From the NCBI GenBank assembly GCA_963663385.2, contig CAXXXD010000004.1, positions 512,001-576,000 on the forward strand: 64,000 nucleotides of DNA, in the 5' to 3' direction. The first letter of the stretch is position 1, and each line of letters begins with the position of its first letter. The position numbers were made by a program, and so were the translations under genes. Below are positions 20,981 through 31,067 of this stretch, piece by piece. The stretch comes from Oceanispirochaeta sp. Its GTDB lineage: Bacteria; Spirochaetota; Spirochaetia; DSM-2461. Below the pieces are notes generated by a model that had not been told where the DNA came from, did not search any database, and worked only from the letters and a program-made list of their open reading frames with translations.

Positions 20981-22478
20981 AAATGTAATTTTCCGTCTGG
21001 ATAATATTAATAAAAGCCTGGGCGACGGGTTTTTTCTTCAGGGAATAAATCTGGAACTGAAAGCCGGAGAAATCCATGTGGTAATGGGAGAGAATGGTTC
21101 CGGGAAGAGTGCGGTAATGCAGATCATAAGCGGAATAATCCAACCGGATACAGGACGGCTTCTGCTTAACGGAACCGGAGTTAATATCAGCAGCCTCAGC
21201 GATGCCTGGTCCAAATCTATTGTCTATATCCAGCAGGATGCCAATATTTTTCACAATCTTTCGGTTGCAGAGAATATTTTTTATCATCAGATGCCCTACC
21301 GGAACCGCCTTTTTAAAGTGATCGATAATAACAGACTGAACCGTATGTGTCAGAACCTGATCGATGATTTGAAGCTTCCCTTCAGTCTCTATGACCCTGT
21401 TCATAAACTGGGTATGGCGCAAAGGCAGATTATGGGTTTCTGTAAAGCTTATATTTCAGGTGCTCAGGTTGTTATTCTGGATGAACCATCCACCGCCCTA
21501 ACCGAGCATGACCGGAAAATTCTGCATACAATACTGAAGAGGATGAAGCTCAGAGGAGCAGGCATATTTTATATTTCTCACAAACTGGATGAAATCAGGG
21601 GAGTCGGGGACCGTCTCTCTGTTCTGAAGCAGGGCCGTTTGGTGGGAACTGTTGATCTGGCTAATACCGGTGATGATGATATTATCAGGATGATGTCCGG
21701 AGTAGTTCTGAAAAACCGCTACCCCCGACTGAATGTGAAAACCGGAAAAGAGATCCTGAGAGCCCGAGGTCTGGCTTCCGGGAATATACTGCGGGGAATC
21801 GATTTTTCTCTGCATAAAGGTGAAATCCTGGGAATAACTGGTCTGGCAGGATCGGGGCGCACATTTTTGGCAAACTGTCTGTTTGGCGAGGCCCCTATGG
21901 ATCGCGGTACAATCTGGCTAAACGGGAATAAGGTCTATATCCGTGAACCCTATGATGCAATCTCTCATGGACTGGCCCTGGTCCCTGAGGACAGGATGGA
22001 GGACTCCATCATGAGCTGTCTGGATGTAACCAGTAATGCCTCTCTGTCCTCCTTAAAAAGGTTTACCCGCTTTTTTACAATAAATACTACTTTTCTAAAT
22101 CAGGTTGTTGCCGACTACATTAGTAAATTTAATGTAGAGACAGAGCATTACAGCCGGCATATGGGTGAGTACAGCGGCGGAAGTCAGCAAAAAGTTGTTT
22201 TTGCCCGCTGGATTATGAATCGTTCAAAAGTCTTTATTCTTGATGAACCAACCCGGTGTCTGGATATTCCTACCAGAGTCGATATTTACAACTCAATGAA
22301 TGATCTGGTTCTAAAAGGGGCGGGTATTATTTTTATATCCTCGGATATTGAAGAGATTCTGGGGATGTGTGACAGGGTAATGGTTCTTTCCGATGGTCGT
22401 TTTGTATGTGACTTACCCTCTTCAGATGCGACTAAGGAAAAAATCCTGAGTTATGCAACAGGAGAACTCTTATCTTGA
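20973..22478 (+). CDS. CUT2 (RbsA-like) sugar ABC ATPase, divergent, without its own permease
   Basis: GENGSGKS, ILDEPS, ISHK, YSGGSQQK; 8-nt overlap with DeoR stop. Confidence 0.85.
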   Translation: MSENVIFRLDNINKSLGDGFFLQGINLELKAGEIHVVMGENGSGKSAVMQIISGIIQPDTGRLLLNGTGVNISSLSDAWSKSIVYIQQDANIFHNLSVAENIFYHQMPYRNRLFKVIDNNRLNRMCQNLIDDLKLPFSLYDPVHKLGMAQRQIMGFCKAYISGAQVVILDEPSTALTEHDRKILHTILKRMKLRGAGIFYISHKLDEIRGVGDRLSVLKQGRLVGTVDLANTGDDDIIRMMSGVVLKNRYPRLNVKTGKEILRARGLASGNILRGIDFSLHKGEILGITGLAGSGRTFLANCLFGEAPMDRGTIWLNGNKVYIREPYDAISHGLALVPEDRMEDSIMSCLDVTSNASLSSLKRFTRFFTINTTFLNQVVADYISKFNVETEHYSRHMGEYSGGSQQKVVFARWIMNRSKVFILDEPTRCLDIPTRVDIYNSMNDLVLKGAGIIFISSDIEEILGMCDRVMVLSDGRFVCDLPSSDATKEKILSYATGELLS

Positions 22479-23947
22479 AAGCTTCAGTACAACCACCACT
22501 TCTGCAGATTGAGAACTACAGTTTCTGTTTCCCCTCCTATCCCGGGCTGCAGAGTCGTCCTCTTTTTAAGAACCTGAATTTTCAGCTTCGTACAGGAGAA
22601 TTCAAAATCATCATGGGTCCTCCGGAAAGCGGGAAAACAACCCTCGGCCGCTGCCTGAGCGCCGTATATCCCGGGCTGACCCAGGCGGAAACGGAAGGTC
22701 GGATACTGATAGAGGGGGATGTCCTGACGACACGGGCCGCCTGTGACTGGATAGATAAAATAGGAATTGTCTTTCAGAATCCGGATGAACAGATCGTCAC
22801 CACCCGTGTGGACGATGAAGCCGCCTTTTCCCTCGAATCCCTGGGAATAGAAACGGGTGAGATTGAAAGGCGGATGAAGCAGGCTTTTGCGGAGTTTTCT
22901 GTTCCCTATCCGGAGCACCGGAATCCTCTTTCTCTGTCGGGGGGAGAAAAGAAGCGTCTGCTTCTAGCTGTTTTGAGGATGCAGAATCCGGATTTATGGA
23001 TTCTGGACGAACCCCTGGATGAACTGGACAGAGAGGGACAGCGTTCCCTTCTGCAGTTTCTGGCGGCTCTGGCTGAAAGGGAGAATAAAGGCATCCTGAT
23101 GTTCTCATCCAAATACCACAGGGCATTTGATTCGGTTAAGGCGGATCTTTCTGTTCTGGCGGAGGGCCGGATAATCGAGAGAGAGGATACGGATGATTTC
23201 CCGGGCCTGTTAAGGGCGCAGGGGCTGCTGCCTCCCGAGGTGGTTCCGGAGAAGAGCTTTCCCTGTTTATCCGTGCTTTCTCCCCTTATGGAAATGGCAA
23301 ACTTAAGGTTCAGGTACACGGATAACCCGGACTTTTCTCTGAATATCGAGGATTTTACCCTGTATCAGGGGGAAACACTTGTTCTGGCCGGACCGAACGG
23401 CTGCGGAAAATCCACCCTGGCCCGCCTTCTCTGCGGACTGATTGAATCCCAGTCGGGAACACTTACTCTGGACGGAAAAGATACTGCTTCCGGTGTACTG
23501 AACAGGAGCTGTGCCTATCTGTTTCAGAACCCCGATTACCAGCTGTTCCTCCCTACGGCTTCGGAGGAGCTGGAGCTGGGGCTGAAAAACGCCGGCCTTT
23601 CACGGAAACAGCGGCACAGGATGGTGGAAAACGGACTGGAACTGTTCAAGATTCCAGGGAGGGATACCCCTCCGTCCCTGATGAGTTTCGGTGCCAGAAA
23701 AAGGCTTCAGGGGGCCATCTACTATCTGCTGAACAAAAGACTCTACATTCTGGATGAGGCGGATTCGGGACTGAACTATCACGATTATGAGTTGATTGTC
23801 AGGCAGCTTAAGGCAAAGGGGAGCACCCTGATTGTTATTACCCACAATAGTGAAATCCCGGCCATCGAGGGGGACCGGATCTGTTTCATGTCCCATGGCA
23901 GAATTGTCTCGGAACAACCTTTGAAAAAAGAGGCGGTACAGTGGTAG
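22475..23947 (+). CDS. ECF transporter fused A-A' ATPase
   Basis: GPPESGKT, VFQNPDEQ, LSGGEKKR; second NBD GPNGCGKS, FQNPDYQ. Confidence 0.85.
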   Translation: MKASVQPPLLQIENYSFCFPSYPGLQSRPLFKNLNFQLRTGEFKIIMGPPESGKTTLGRCLSAVYPGLTQAETEGRILIEGDVLTTRAACDWIDKIGIVFQNPDEQIVTTRVDDEAAFSLESLGIETGEIERRMKQAFAEFSVPYPEHRNPLSLSGGEKKRLLLAVLRMQNPDLWILDEPLDELDREGQRSLLQFLAALAERENKGILMFSSKYHRAFDSVKADLSVLAEGRIIEREDTDDFPGLLRAQGLLPPEVVPEKSFPCLSVLSPLMEMANLRFRYTDNPDFSLNIEDFTLYQGETLVLAGPNGCGKSTLARLLCGLIESQSGTLTLDGKDTASGVLNRSCAYLFQNPDYQLFLPTASEELELGLKNAGLSRKQRHRMVENGLELFKIPGRDTPPSLMSFGARKRLQGAIYYLLNKRLYILDEADSGLNYHDYELIVRQLKAKGSTLIVITHNSEIPAIEGDRICFMSHGRIVSEQPLKKEAVQW

Positions 23948-24714
23948 ATACCCTTTATATCAGCGGAGACAGCTTCCTTCACCGGTACGACTGCCGTCTG
24001 AAACTGATGATCCTTCCTTTTATGGTTGTATTCTTCTTTCTGCCTCAAACCTGGTTTTCTGCGGCAGCCCTCCTGTTTTTTCTCTGCCTGATAACTGTTT
24101 TCAGCCTGGGGATCCGGGATTTGATTCTGCCGCTGAAAATGATCTATCCCCTGCTGATTCTTATCGTACTGCTGACGCCTTTTTTCTACAGGGAGGGGAA
24201 TCCTCTGCTGAATCCGGGGGGATTTGTGATTCTCACGGAGAAGGGGCTAACCGAGACATTCCTGTATATCAGCCGTTTCTGGGGGATTACCCTGTCTTTT
24301 TTTCTCCTGTTCCGGACAACCCCCATGGAAGATATGATTCTGGGGCTGTCCTGGTTAAGGATGCCCTATACACTGACTCTGATTATTTCGGTCGCCCTGC
24401 GTTATATTCCTCATCTGGCAGGACTGTACGGTCAGATTTCTGCGGCCCATTCTCTCAGGTGCAGTATGGATGATCCCCCTCCAAAGAGGGGACTCCTTGT
24501 CCGGATCCGAAAACTGTTCCCCATCCTTGTCTCCCTGATGATTCAGGGGGTTAAAACAATTCCCACATTAAGTATGGCTCTGGAGCTGAAAGGAGTAGGG
24601 CGGGACAATCCCAGGACACGGTATCGAAAGCTCAGTGCTCCCGGTCATCCATATACACAGATTCTGATTACTCTGGCCTTACTTGTTTTTGTCGGAATAA
24701 CTTTGCTAATATAA
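23941..24714 (+). CDS. ecfT: ECF transmembrane T component
   Basis: SFLHRYDCRLK, ALRYIP, MALELKG, RTRYR; TM helices. Confidence 0.87.
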   Translation: MVDTLYISGDSFLHRYDCRLKLMILPFMVVFFFLPQTWFSAAALLFFLCLITVFSLGIRDLILPLKMIYPLLILIVLLTPFFYREGNPLLNPGGFVILTEKGLTETFLYISRFWGITLSFFLLFRTTPMEDMILGLSWLRMPYTLTLIISVALRYIPHLAGLYGQISAAHSLRCSMDDPPPKRGLLVRIRKLFPILVSLMIQGVKTIPTLSMALELKGVGRDNPRTRYRKLSAPGHPYTQILITLALLVFVGITLLI

Positions 24715-24744
24715 ACGGGATCATTCGATCATGGAGGAAGACGC

Positions 24745-25293
24745 ATGAAAAAAGAAACAGGACAATCCAAGCAGAAGCTTGCATTCCGAATCGCATCAAT
24801 CGCAGTTCTGACAGCGATTACCACAGTGTTTACAATGATTGTCAGAGTCCCTGTAACCCCCACAAGGGGATATATCAATCTGGGAGATGTGGCTATCTTC
24901 TTTACGGCTCTTACGTTCGGTCCCTATACGGCTTTTGCCGCAGGAGGACTGGGAACGGCTCTGGCCGACATTCTGGGAGGGTATGCCCAGTGGGCGCCTA
25001 TTACCTTTTTTGCCCATGGAATTCAGGGGCTTCTGATCGGTCTTCTGTTCAGAATGGTAAAAAAAGAGAGCCCCGTTCAGTTTATTCTGGCCCTGTTTCT
25101 CTCTTTTGCCGCCGGAACTGTTATTATGGCGGGGACCTATTTCCTGACAGGCGGTCTGATGTATGGTTTCGGGGCCGCCGCTACGGAAATCCCCGGAAAT
25201 ATCCTGCAGAATGTTGCGGGCGTTCTGGTTGGAACATCCCTTTATTTTGCTGTAAGAAAAGCCTATCCCCCCATTGACGGGTTTAACTGGTAA
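24745..25293 (+). CDS. ECF S component (PdxU2/HmpT-like)
   Basis: GYINLGD, ALADILGGYAQWAP; hydrophobic, 182 aa. Confidence 0.8.
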   Translation: MKKETGQSKQKLAFRIASIAVLTAITTVFTMIVRVPVTPTRGYINLGDVAIFFTALTFGPYTAFAAGGLGTALADILGGYAQWAPITFFAHGIQGLLIGLLFRMVKKESPVQFILALFLSFAAGTVIMAGTYFLTGGLMYGFGAAATEIPGNILQNVAGVLVGTSLYFAVRKAYPPIDGFNW

Positions 25294-26149
25294 TCCCTTC
25301 TCTTTTCCGTTCCTTTCTGTAAGCAGAGGGGCTGATACCCATATGGGTGCGGAAGGAACGGCTAAGGGAGTAAATGCTGTCATAACCGCAGAACTCAGCT
25401 ATTTCGGAAACTGACTTGTCCGACGTGCTGAGGTATTTCATCGCTTCAGTCAGACGGCTTTCCCGTATGTACCTGCCCAACGTAATCCCCATGGATTTTT
25501 TAAAGACACTCCGGAGGTAGCCTTCGGAGAAATTCATCTCCCCGCACAGCCTGCTGATATTCAAACTGCGGTCCTCATACAGCCTGCGGCAGATTTCATT
25601 AACCACTTTGGATGCCGGGGTATCTCTTTTTTCTGCAAACTCTCCCAGCTCCCGGTTCGTTTCCAGCAGTTTTGACAGGATTGTCGCAATCCGGAAAGGA
25701 AGCTCTCCCTCCTTCTGTCTGTTATAAGTCTTCAGCGCCTCCTGCAGGAGTGGGAAAATCCCCGAAGGGCAGGAGGACGCCAGATTCCTGAGGGCAAGGA
25801 GAGGCAGATTATCCTCCATCTCAAAGGTTATGAAAAGCAGAGACAACCCCTCCCGGCTGTTATTAATGAAACGGTGGTACTGGTAGGGAAGCAACAGGGT
25901 AAAACAGTCTTTCCGCAGCTCTATCCTGGATCCGTCAACCATTATGGCTATGGGAGCCCCGCAATTAAAGATAAGAACATGCCGGTAGTGGAAGTTTGTT
26001 TCCGGATTAAGGGTCTGTTTTTCAAAACCATTCCTGTAGAAGAAGAGGATATTCAGGGGCAGAGAGAAGGTCTTTTTTCCCCGGCCCTCGTAGTAGTTTA
26101 AAGGAACCGGCAGCTGTTCAAACTCTCTGATGAGAGGGGCTCTGATCAT
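25283..26149 (-). CDS. AraC-family regulator
   Basis: N-terminal cupin; C-terminal SVSEIAEFCGYDSIYSLSRSFRTHMGISP. Confidence 0.9.
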   Translation of the reverse strand: MIRAPLIREFEQLPVPLNYYEGRGKKTFSLPLNILFFYRNGFEKQTLNPETNFHYRHVLIFNCGAPIAIMVDGSRIELRKDCFTLLLPYQYHRFINNSREGLSLLFITFEMEDNLPLLALRNLASSCPSGIFPLLQEALKTYNRQKEGELPFRIATILSKLLETNRELGEFAEKRDTPASKVVNEICRRLYEDRSLNISRLCGEMNFSEGYLRSVFKKSMGITLGRYIRESRLTEAMKYLSTSDKSVSEIAEFCGYDSIYSLSRSFRTHMGISPSAYRKERKREGITS

Positions 26150-26232
26150 AATTAAAGAATATATGCGGAAATGTTAAAAAACAATCCAGAGATGCTATTT
26201 ATTTAACAATGGAATGGATTCATTATAGGTTT

Positions 26233-27480
26233 ATGAATACAATTAGAGCTGCCGTAATCGGCGCAGGAAACCGCGGACTGGACGCCTATGCCGTTTACGC
26301 GGAGAAGTATCCTCATGAACTGGAAATCACAGCAGTAGCAGAACCCCGTCAGGACAGGAGAGATGCTTTTGCCGGTCGTTTCAGAATCGAAGAGAGCCGG
26401 GTGTTTTCCGATTGGAAGGATCTGCTGGGCAAGCCCCGTCTGGCCGATCTGGTTTTTATCTGCACGCAGGATACCATGCATGTGGAACCGGCGGTCCGGG
26501 CAATGGAGAAGGGATACCATATCCTTCTGGAGAAACCCGTTGCCGTTACTCCCGAAGACTGCAGAATCCTGCTTGAAACATCCCGGAAGTATGATGTTTC
26601 CGTCGGGGTTGCCCATGTTCTGCGGTATACCGCCTTTTTCTCCTCCATGAAGGATCTTCTGGATGCGGGGGAGATCGGGGAAATTCAGGGGATCCAGCAT
26701 AATGAAAATGTCGGTCATCTTCACTACGCCCACAGTTTTGTCCGGGGAAACTGGCGGAATAAAGCCGAATCATCACCCATGATCCTGGCTAAAAGCTGTC
26801 ATGATATGGATCTTCTTCTCTATCTTACCGGATCGGACTGCCGCCGTATCTCGTCTTTCGGTTCCAGGCGGGTATTTCTGCCGGAAAATAGGCCTGAAGG
26901 GGCTCCAGACCGCTGCCTGGATGGCTGCCCCCATCGGGTGGACTGCCCTTACTACGGTCCAAAAAACTACCTGACCGGCGAGAAGGGATGGCCCGTCAGC
27001 GTTCTGACAACGGACCTGACCACTCCCGGAATCACCAGGGCCCTGCAGGAAGGCCCCTACGGCCGCTGTGTTTATACCTGCGATAACGATGTGGTGGAGC
27101 ATCAGGTTCTGAGTATGGAGTTTGAAAACGGGATTCCCGCTGTTTTCACCATGAGCGCCTTTACCAATGAAACCTCCCGGACCATTAAAATCACCGGTAC
27201 GAAAGGGGAAATGCGGGGGCATATGGAGAAGCAGGAGATTCAGGTTCTGGACTTCGGGAAGCGTCAGACCCGGATCTATCAGATAAAAGCTGTTCAAACC
27301 GGTCACGGCGGAGGAGACGAAGGCATTGTCCGGGAGCTGCTCCTTCACCTGAATGACCGCAGCCGCCCCCTGCCCAGCTCACTGGAACTTTCGGTTCAGA
27401 GCCATATGATGGCTTTTGCGGCGGAAGAATCCATGCAGAGCGGGAAAGTTATCGATGTGAAGGAATTTGCAAAAGGCTGA
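26233..27480 (+). CDS. Gfo/Idh/MocA oxidoreductase with Cys-rich insert
   Basis: GAGNRG, LEKPVA, HSFVRGNW, AKSCHDMD, GHGGGD. Confidence 0.88.
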   Translation: MNTIRAAVIGAGNRGLDAYAVYAEKYPHELEITAVAEPRQDRRDAFAGRFRIEESRVFSDWKDLLGKPRLADLVFICTQDTMHVEPAVRAMEKGYHILLEKPVAVTPEDCRILLETSRKYDVSVGVAHVLRYTAFFSSMKDLLDAGEIGEIQGIQHNENVGHLHYAHSFVRGNWRNKAESSPMILAKSCHDMDLLLYLTGSDCRRISSFGSRRVFLPENRPEGAPDRCLDGCPHRVDCPYYGPKNYLTGEKGWPVSVLTTDLTTPGITRALQEGPYGRCVYTCDNDVVEHQVLSMEFENGIPAVFTMSAFTNETSRTIKITGTKGEMRGHMEKQEIQVLDFGKRQTRIYQIKAVQTGHGGGDEGIVRELLLHLNDRSRPLPSSLELSVQSHMMAFAAEESMQSGKVIDVKEFAKG

Positions 27481-27491
27481 AAACCAAAAAG

Positions 27492-28577
27492 CTAGTTTTC
27501 CCGGTTATCCAGCAGATCCGCTTTCAGGGTAAGCTGGGTAACGGGAAGGCTGCTGTCTTCAATCATTTTCAGAAGCAGCAGCGCAGATTCTTTTCCCATA
27601 CGGGTAATCGGCTGTACAACGGAAATATCGCTGTACTTCTCTCTGGGGCTTGTTACAATAGTCACTGTAAGGGGAGATTGATCCAGTTTCTTCATGATCT
27701 GCCGGCCCGCATCCAGAAGCTGCTGATTCAGACCGATAACAGCAGAGAAGGGTCCTTTTGATTCTACTTCGTTATAAATCTCCTCAGGAATCAGACCGCT
27801 GGAATACAGTTCCGATTCATCCAGCCAGATTTCAAGGGCTTCCCCGTAACGGTCGGTTTCAGAGCCGAGGCGATTGTATATATCAAAGATGCCTTCTGCC
27901 CGTTCATTGGAGCTGGTTGATTCAAACCCGTTTACAATAAGAATCCTTTTATATCCTGTTTCTGACAGGTTCTGCGCCAGGGTACGGAATATCCCTCTGT
28001 TGTCAAGCATCACCTGATTGTCTGTGCGGCCGGGGGTAAAGCGGTCAGCCAGGACAAAGGGGATATTGTTTGTCTCCAGTATCCTGTAAATGGCCTTATT
28101 GCACCTGTCGGCATGAGCACCCAGAACCGGTGTCAGAATAAAACCTTTGATCTGGGTATTATTAATAAGGGATTGAATCTGATCTATAATACTCTCATTT
28201 TCCTGATAGGTATTGCAGAAAACAGTATGGTAACCGTTTTCCCACAGCCCTTCATGTATCCCCTGGAGTATATGGGTGGCAAATGCCGGTGTGTGATTAT
28301 CAACTGCCACGCCGATAAAGCGGTCTCCCGCTTCGGAAGCTGCGGTTTCCTTGTCTTTTCCGGAGGCGGCTACAAAGGTACCCTGTTTCCCGCTCCTGTA
28401 TTCCAGTATTCCCTCTGATACCAGTTCGGAAAGAGATCTTTTTATTGTCAGTCTGCTCACATCGTGAATTTCGGCCAGCTGCCGTTCCGAATAGATCTTA
28501 TCTCCTGGATTCCAGAAACCTTCGCTAATCTGATCCCTGATTATCCGGCTTATCTGGAGGTACTTCAGTTCTTTCAT
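27492..28577 (-). CDS. GntR-HTH/LacI-type sensor regulator (AraR architecture)
   Basis: SERQLA...VSRLT...GTFV plus periplasmic-binding-fold C-terminus. Confidence 0.88.
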   Translation of the reverse strand: MKELKYLQISRIIRDQISEGFWNPGDKIYSERQLAEIHDVSRLTIKRSLSELVSEGILEYRSGKQGTFVAASGKDKETAASEAGDRFIGVAVDNHTPAFATHILQGIHEGLWENGYHTVFCNTYQENESIIDQIQSLINNTQIKGFILTPVLGAHADRCNKAIYRILETNNIPFVLADRFTPGRTDNQVMLDNRGIFRTLAQNLSETGYKRILIVNGFESTSSNERAEGIFDIYNRLGSETDRYGEALEIWLDESELYSSGLIPEEIYNEVESKGPFSAVIGLNQQLLDAGRQIMKKLDQSPLTVTIVTSPREKYSDISVVQPITRMGKESALLLLKMIEDSSLPVTQLTLKADLLDNREN

Positions 28578-28597
28578 CTGTCTGCCTTTGTTTTATT

Positions 28598-28797
28598 TGG
28601 TAGTACCATCGTGGCTTAAGTATACCATTCATTGGTATTTTTGCAAGGAATAGTTTAACGGACTATACCAAAAAAATAGTTATTAGTGATTTAAACGGTA
28701 GATTATCAGTATTTTGTTACCAAAACGCATTTTTTTCTTGACAAAAGTGTCATTCGATTTAAGAATGGTAGTACCAAAAGATAATTTGGCTATACCA
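28598..28797. promoter_or_regulatory. Array of GntR-type TGGT-N3-ACCA operators and SBP promoter
   Basis: TGGTAGTACCA at 28598 and 28766; TGGCTATACCA 28787; variants at 28617 and 28660; TTGACA at 28738. Confidence 0.75.
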
Positions 28798-28813
28798 AAA
28801 ACAGGAGTATTCA

Positions 28814-30100
28814 ATGAAAAGACTGACAAAAGGTCTAATCCTCTGTCTCGTAATCAGTGTGATCGGGTTTTCCGCCTTTGCCGGCGGACAACAGGAAAGT
28901 GCAGGAGAGAAGGAAACGACCCTGACTTTTTTCGAAACCATGACCAGCCCCGGCAGGACAGCAACCATTCAATCCATTATCGATGACTATACAGCAGCCA
29001 ATCCGGGAACTACGGTAAACCTTATTTCCCCACCCTATGAGCAGGCTGATAACAAACTGACCCTGATGCTTACTTCAAATCAGGACCTGGATGTGATCGA
29101 AGTACGGGATCATACGGTAAAACAGTTTGTTAACAACGGCAAACTGATGGATCTCTCTTCCTACCTCTCTTCATGGGATGAAGCGGGTGACCTCCTCCCT
29201 CTGGCACAGGCTGCCGCCAATACTGTGGATAATACACCCTATCTGATTCCCCAGTTCTTCTTTGTTAAGGCGCTTTTTGTAAGAACGGACATTCTGAAAC
29301 AGTACGGTTATGACACCATGCCTGCTACCATGGAAGAAATGTACGATATGGCTATTGCCATCACAGGTGAAAATGCCAATCAGTTCGGATTCGGTTTCCG
29401 CGGAAAAGGCAGCTCCTTTAAAGTCTCTGATGTAATGATCCTCTCCGATGTGGATAATGTTGATCCTGCCAATGTCTACAAAACAACCGATGGCAAATTT
29501 GCCTTCAATAATCCCGCTGCCCGTCAGGCTCTGGCCGATTATGTTACTCTTTTCAAGGAAGCCGTGCCATCGGACGGTATAAACTGGGGCTTCAACGAAC
29601 AGGTTAATGCCTTTATTTCCGGAACAACCCCCTTCCTGATTCAGGATCCCGATACGGTTGCTCTGGTTAACGAACAGCTTGGCGAAGATAACTACACTGT
29701 TATTCCTCTTCCTGTTGGAAAAAGCGGAAAATCCTACCTGGATTACGGGTTTGCCGGCCTTGGTATCCCCAGCTATACCGAAAAAGCAGTCGAAGCCTGG
29801 GACTTCATCTCCTATATGACAGGTGCTGAAAAGAATGCCGAGTTCTGTAAAGCTTACGGTCCTCTTCCCATTCATGGCGCTTCCTACGCTTCCGATCCCT
29901 ACTTCAGCTCCGGTGTCTACAAAGCCTGGGAAAAAACAATGTCTGATACCGATACCTACTCCTTTATCAAATACCCCCTGGATTCTCCCAAATATCCGGG
30001 ATGGGCACAGGTTCAGGAGCAGTATATGCAGTCACTGCTTCTGGGAGAAATCACAGTTGACGAAGCCATTGCTAAATGGTCTGCCTACTGGGATTATTAA
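28814..30100 (+). CDS. CUT1 sugar ABC substrate-binding protein
   Basis: Signal peptide ending FAGGQQE; LFVRTD, PATMEEM, EAWDFISY; RBS AGGAG. Confidence 0.9.
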   Translation: MKRLTKGLILCLVISVIGFSAFAGGQQESAGEKETTLTFFETMTSPGRTATIQSIIDDYTAANPGTTVNLISPPYEQADNKLTLMLTSNQDLDVIEVRDHTVKQFVNNGKLMDLSSYLSSWDEAGDLLPLAQAAANTVDNTPYLIPQFFFVKALFVRTDILKQYGYDTMPATMEEMYDMAIAITGENANQFGFGFRGKGSSFKVSDVMILSDVDNVDPANVYKTTDGKFAFNNPAARQALADYVTLFKEAVPSDGINWGFNEQVNAFISGTTPFLIQDPDTVALVNEQLGEDNYTVIPLPVGKSGKSYLDYGFAGLGIPSYTEKAVEAWDFISYMTGAEKNAEFCKAYGPLPIHGASYASDPYFSSGVYKAWEKTMSDTDTYSFIKYPLDSPKYPGWAQVQEQYMQSLLLGEITVDEAIAKWSAYWDY

Positions 30101-30127
30101 TCAGTAAGTATATTTAATAATATTCAT

Positions 30128-30155
30128 GGGATGCTCTCTCTTGGAAGAGCATCCC
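30128..30155 (+). other. Intercistronic stem-loop after SBP gene
   Basis: GGGATGCTCT-N8-AGAGCATCCC. Confidence 0.7.
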
Positions 30156-30182
30156 TTCATTATATAAAAATAAGGAGAACCC

Positions 30183-31067
30183 ATGATTTCAGAGCGTAAT
30201 ACCTATTGGCTTATGCTCCTTCCGGCAGGTCTTTTACTGATACTTTTTATCTATATGCCTGTTTTAAAAGGAACAATGATCGCCTTTCAAAGCTATAATA
30301 TGTTCGATCTGACGAACCTCAAATTCAACGGTATAGAGAATTTTATCAATGTTATAACAAACAGGGATATCCGGTTTCTTCAGATACTGGGCAATACCCT
30401 TGTCTGGGTTGCGGGATCTCTGTTTTTCCAGTTCCTGCTGGGATTTATCCTTGCTCTGCTTATGAAAGAGCCATTTAAAGGGCGGGGGATTTACTCGGGG
30501 CTGGTTTTTTATGCATGGGCTCTTTCCGGTTTTGCCATTGGTTTAACCTGGGCCTGGCTGTTTAACGGGCAGTTTGGTCTGGCAAATGATATTCTTATAA
30601 AAATGGGGCTGATAGCAGAGCCTATCGGTTTCCTCTCTTCTCCGAAACTGGCCATGGTTTCCGTCATTATCGCCAATATCTGGTACGGGATTCCCTTTTT
30701 CGGCATTATGCTGCTGGCCGCCCTCCAGTCGGTCCCGGGAGAACTCTACGAAGCGGCTACCATAGACGGGGCAGGGCGGATTCATCAGCTGTTCAGTGTA
30801 ACAATTCCCTACATCCGTCCCACCATTATCAGTACAACCCTGCTGCGTACCATGTGGATTATCAACTTTCCGGATATCATCTATGCCATGACCAATGGCG
30901 GTCCTGTCAACCGTACCAATATCCTGGCAACCCAGATGATCAACAAGATATTCAAGGAGTACGACTATGGGCAGGGTGCTGCTATAGGTGTCATTATTAT
31001 GCTCCTTCTCTTTCTCTATGCCACATTCTATCTCAAAATGTCATCCAGAAAGGGAGGTGAACTATGA
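30183..31067 (+). CDS. Carbohydrate ABC permease (MalF-type)
   Basis: NIWYGIPF, LYEAATIDGA, TNGGP. Confidence 0.9.
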   Translation: MISERNTYWLMLLPAGLLLILFIYMPVLKGTMIAFQSYNMFDLTNLKFNGIENFINVITNRDIRFLQILGNTLVWVAGSLFFQFLLGFILALLMKEPFKGRGIYSGLVFYAWALSGFAIGLTWAWLFNGQFGLANDILIKMGLIAEPIGFLSSPKLAMVSVIIANIWYGIPFFGIMLLAALQSVPGELYEAATIDGAGRIHQLFSVTIPYIRPTIISTTLLRTMWIINFPDIIYAMTNGGPVNRTNILATQMINKIFKEYDYGQGAAIGVIIMLLLFLYATFYLKMSSRKGGEL

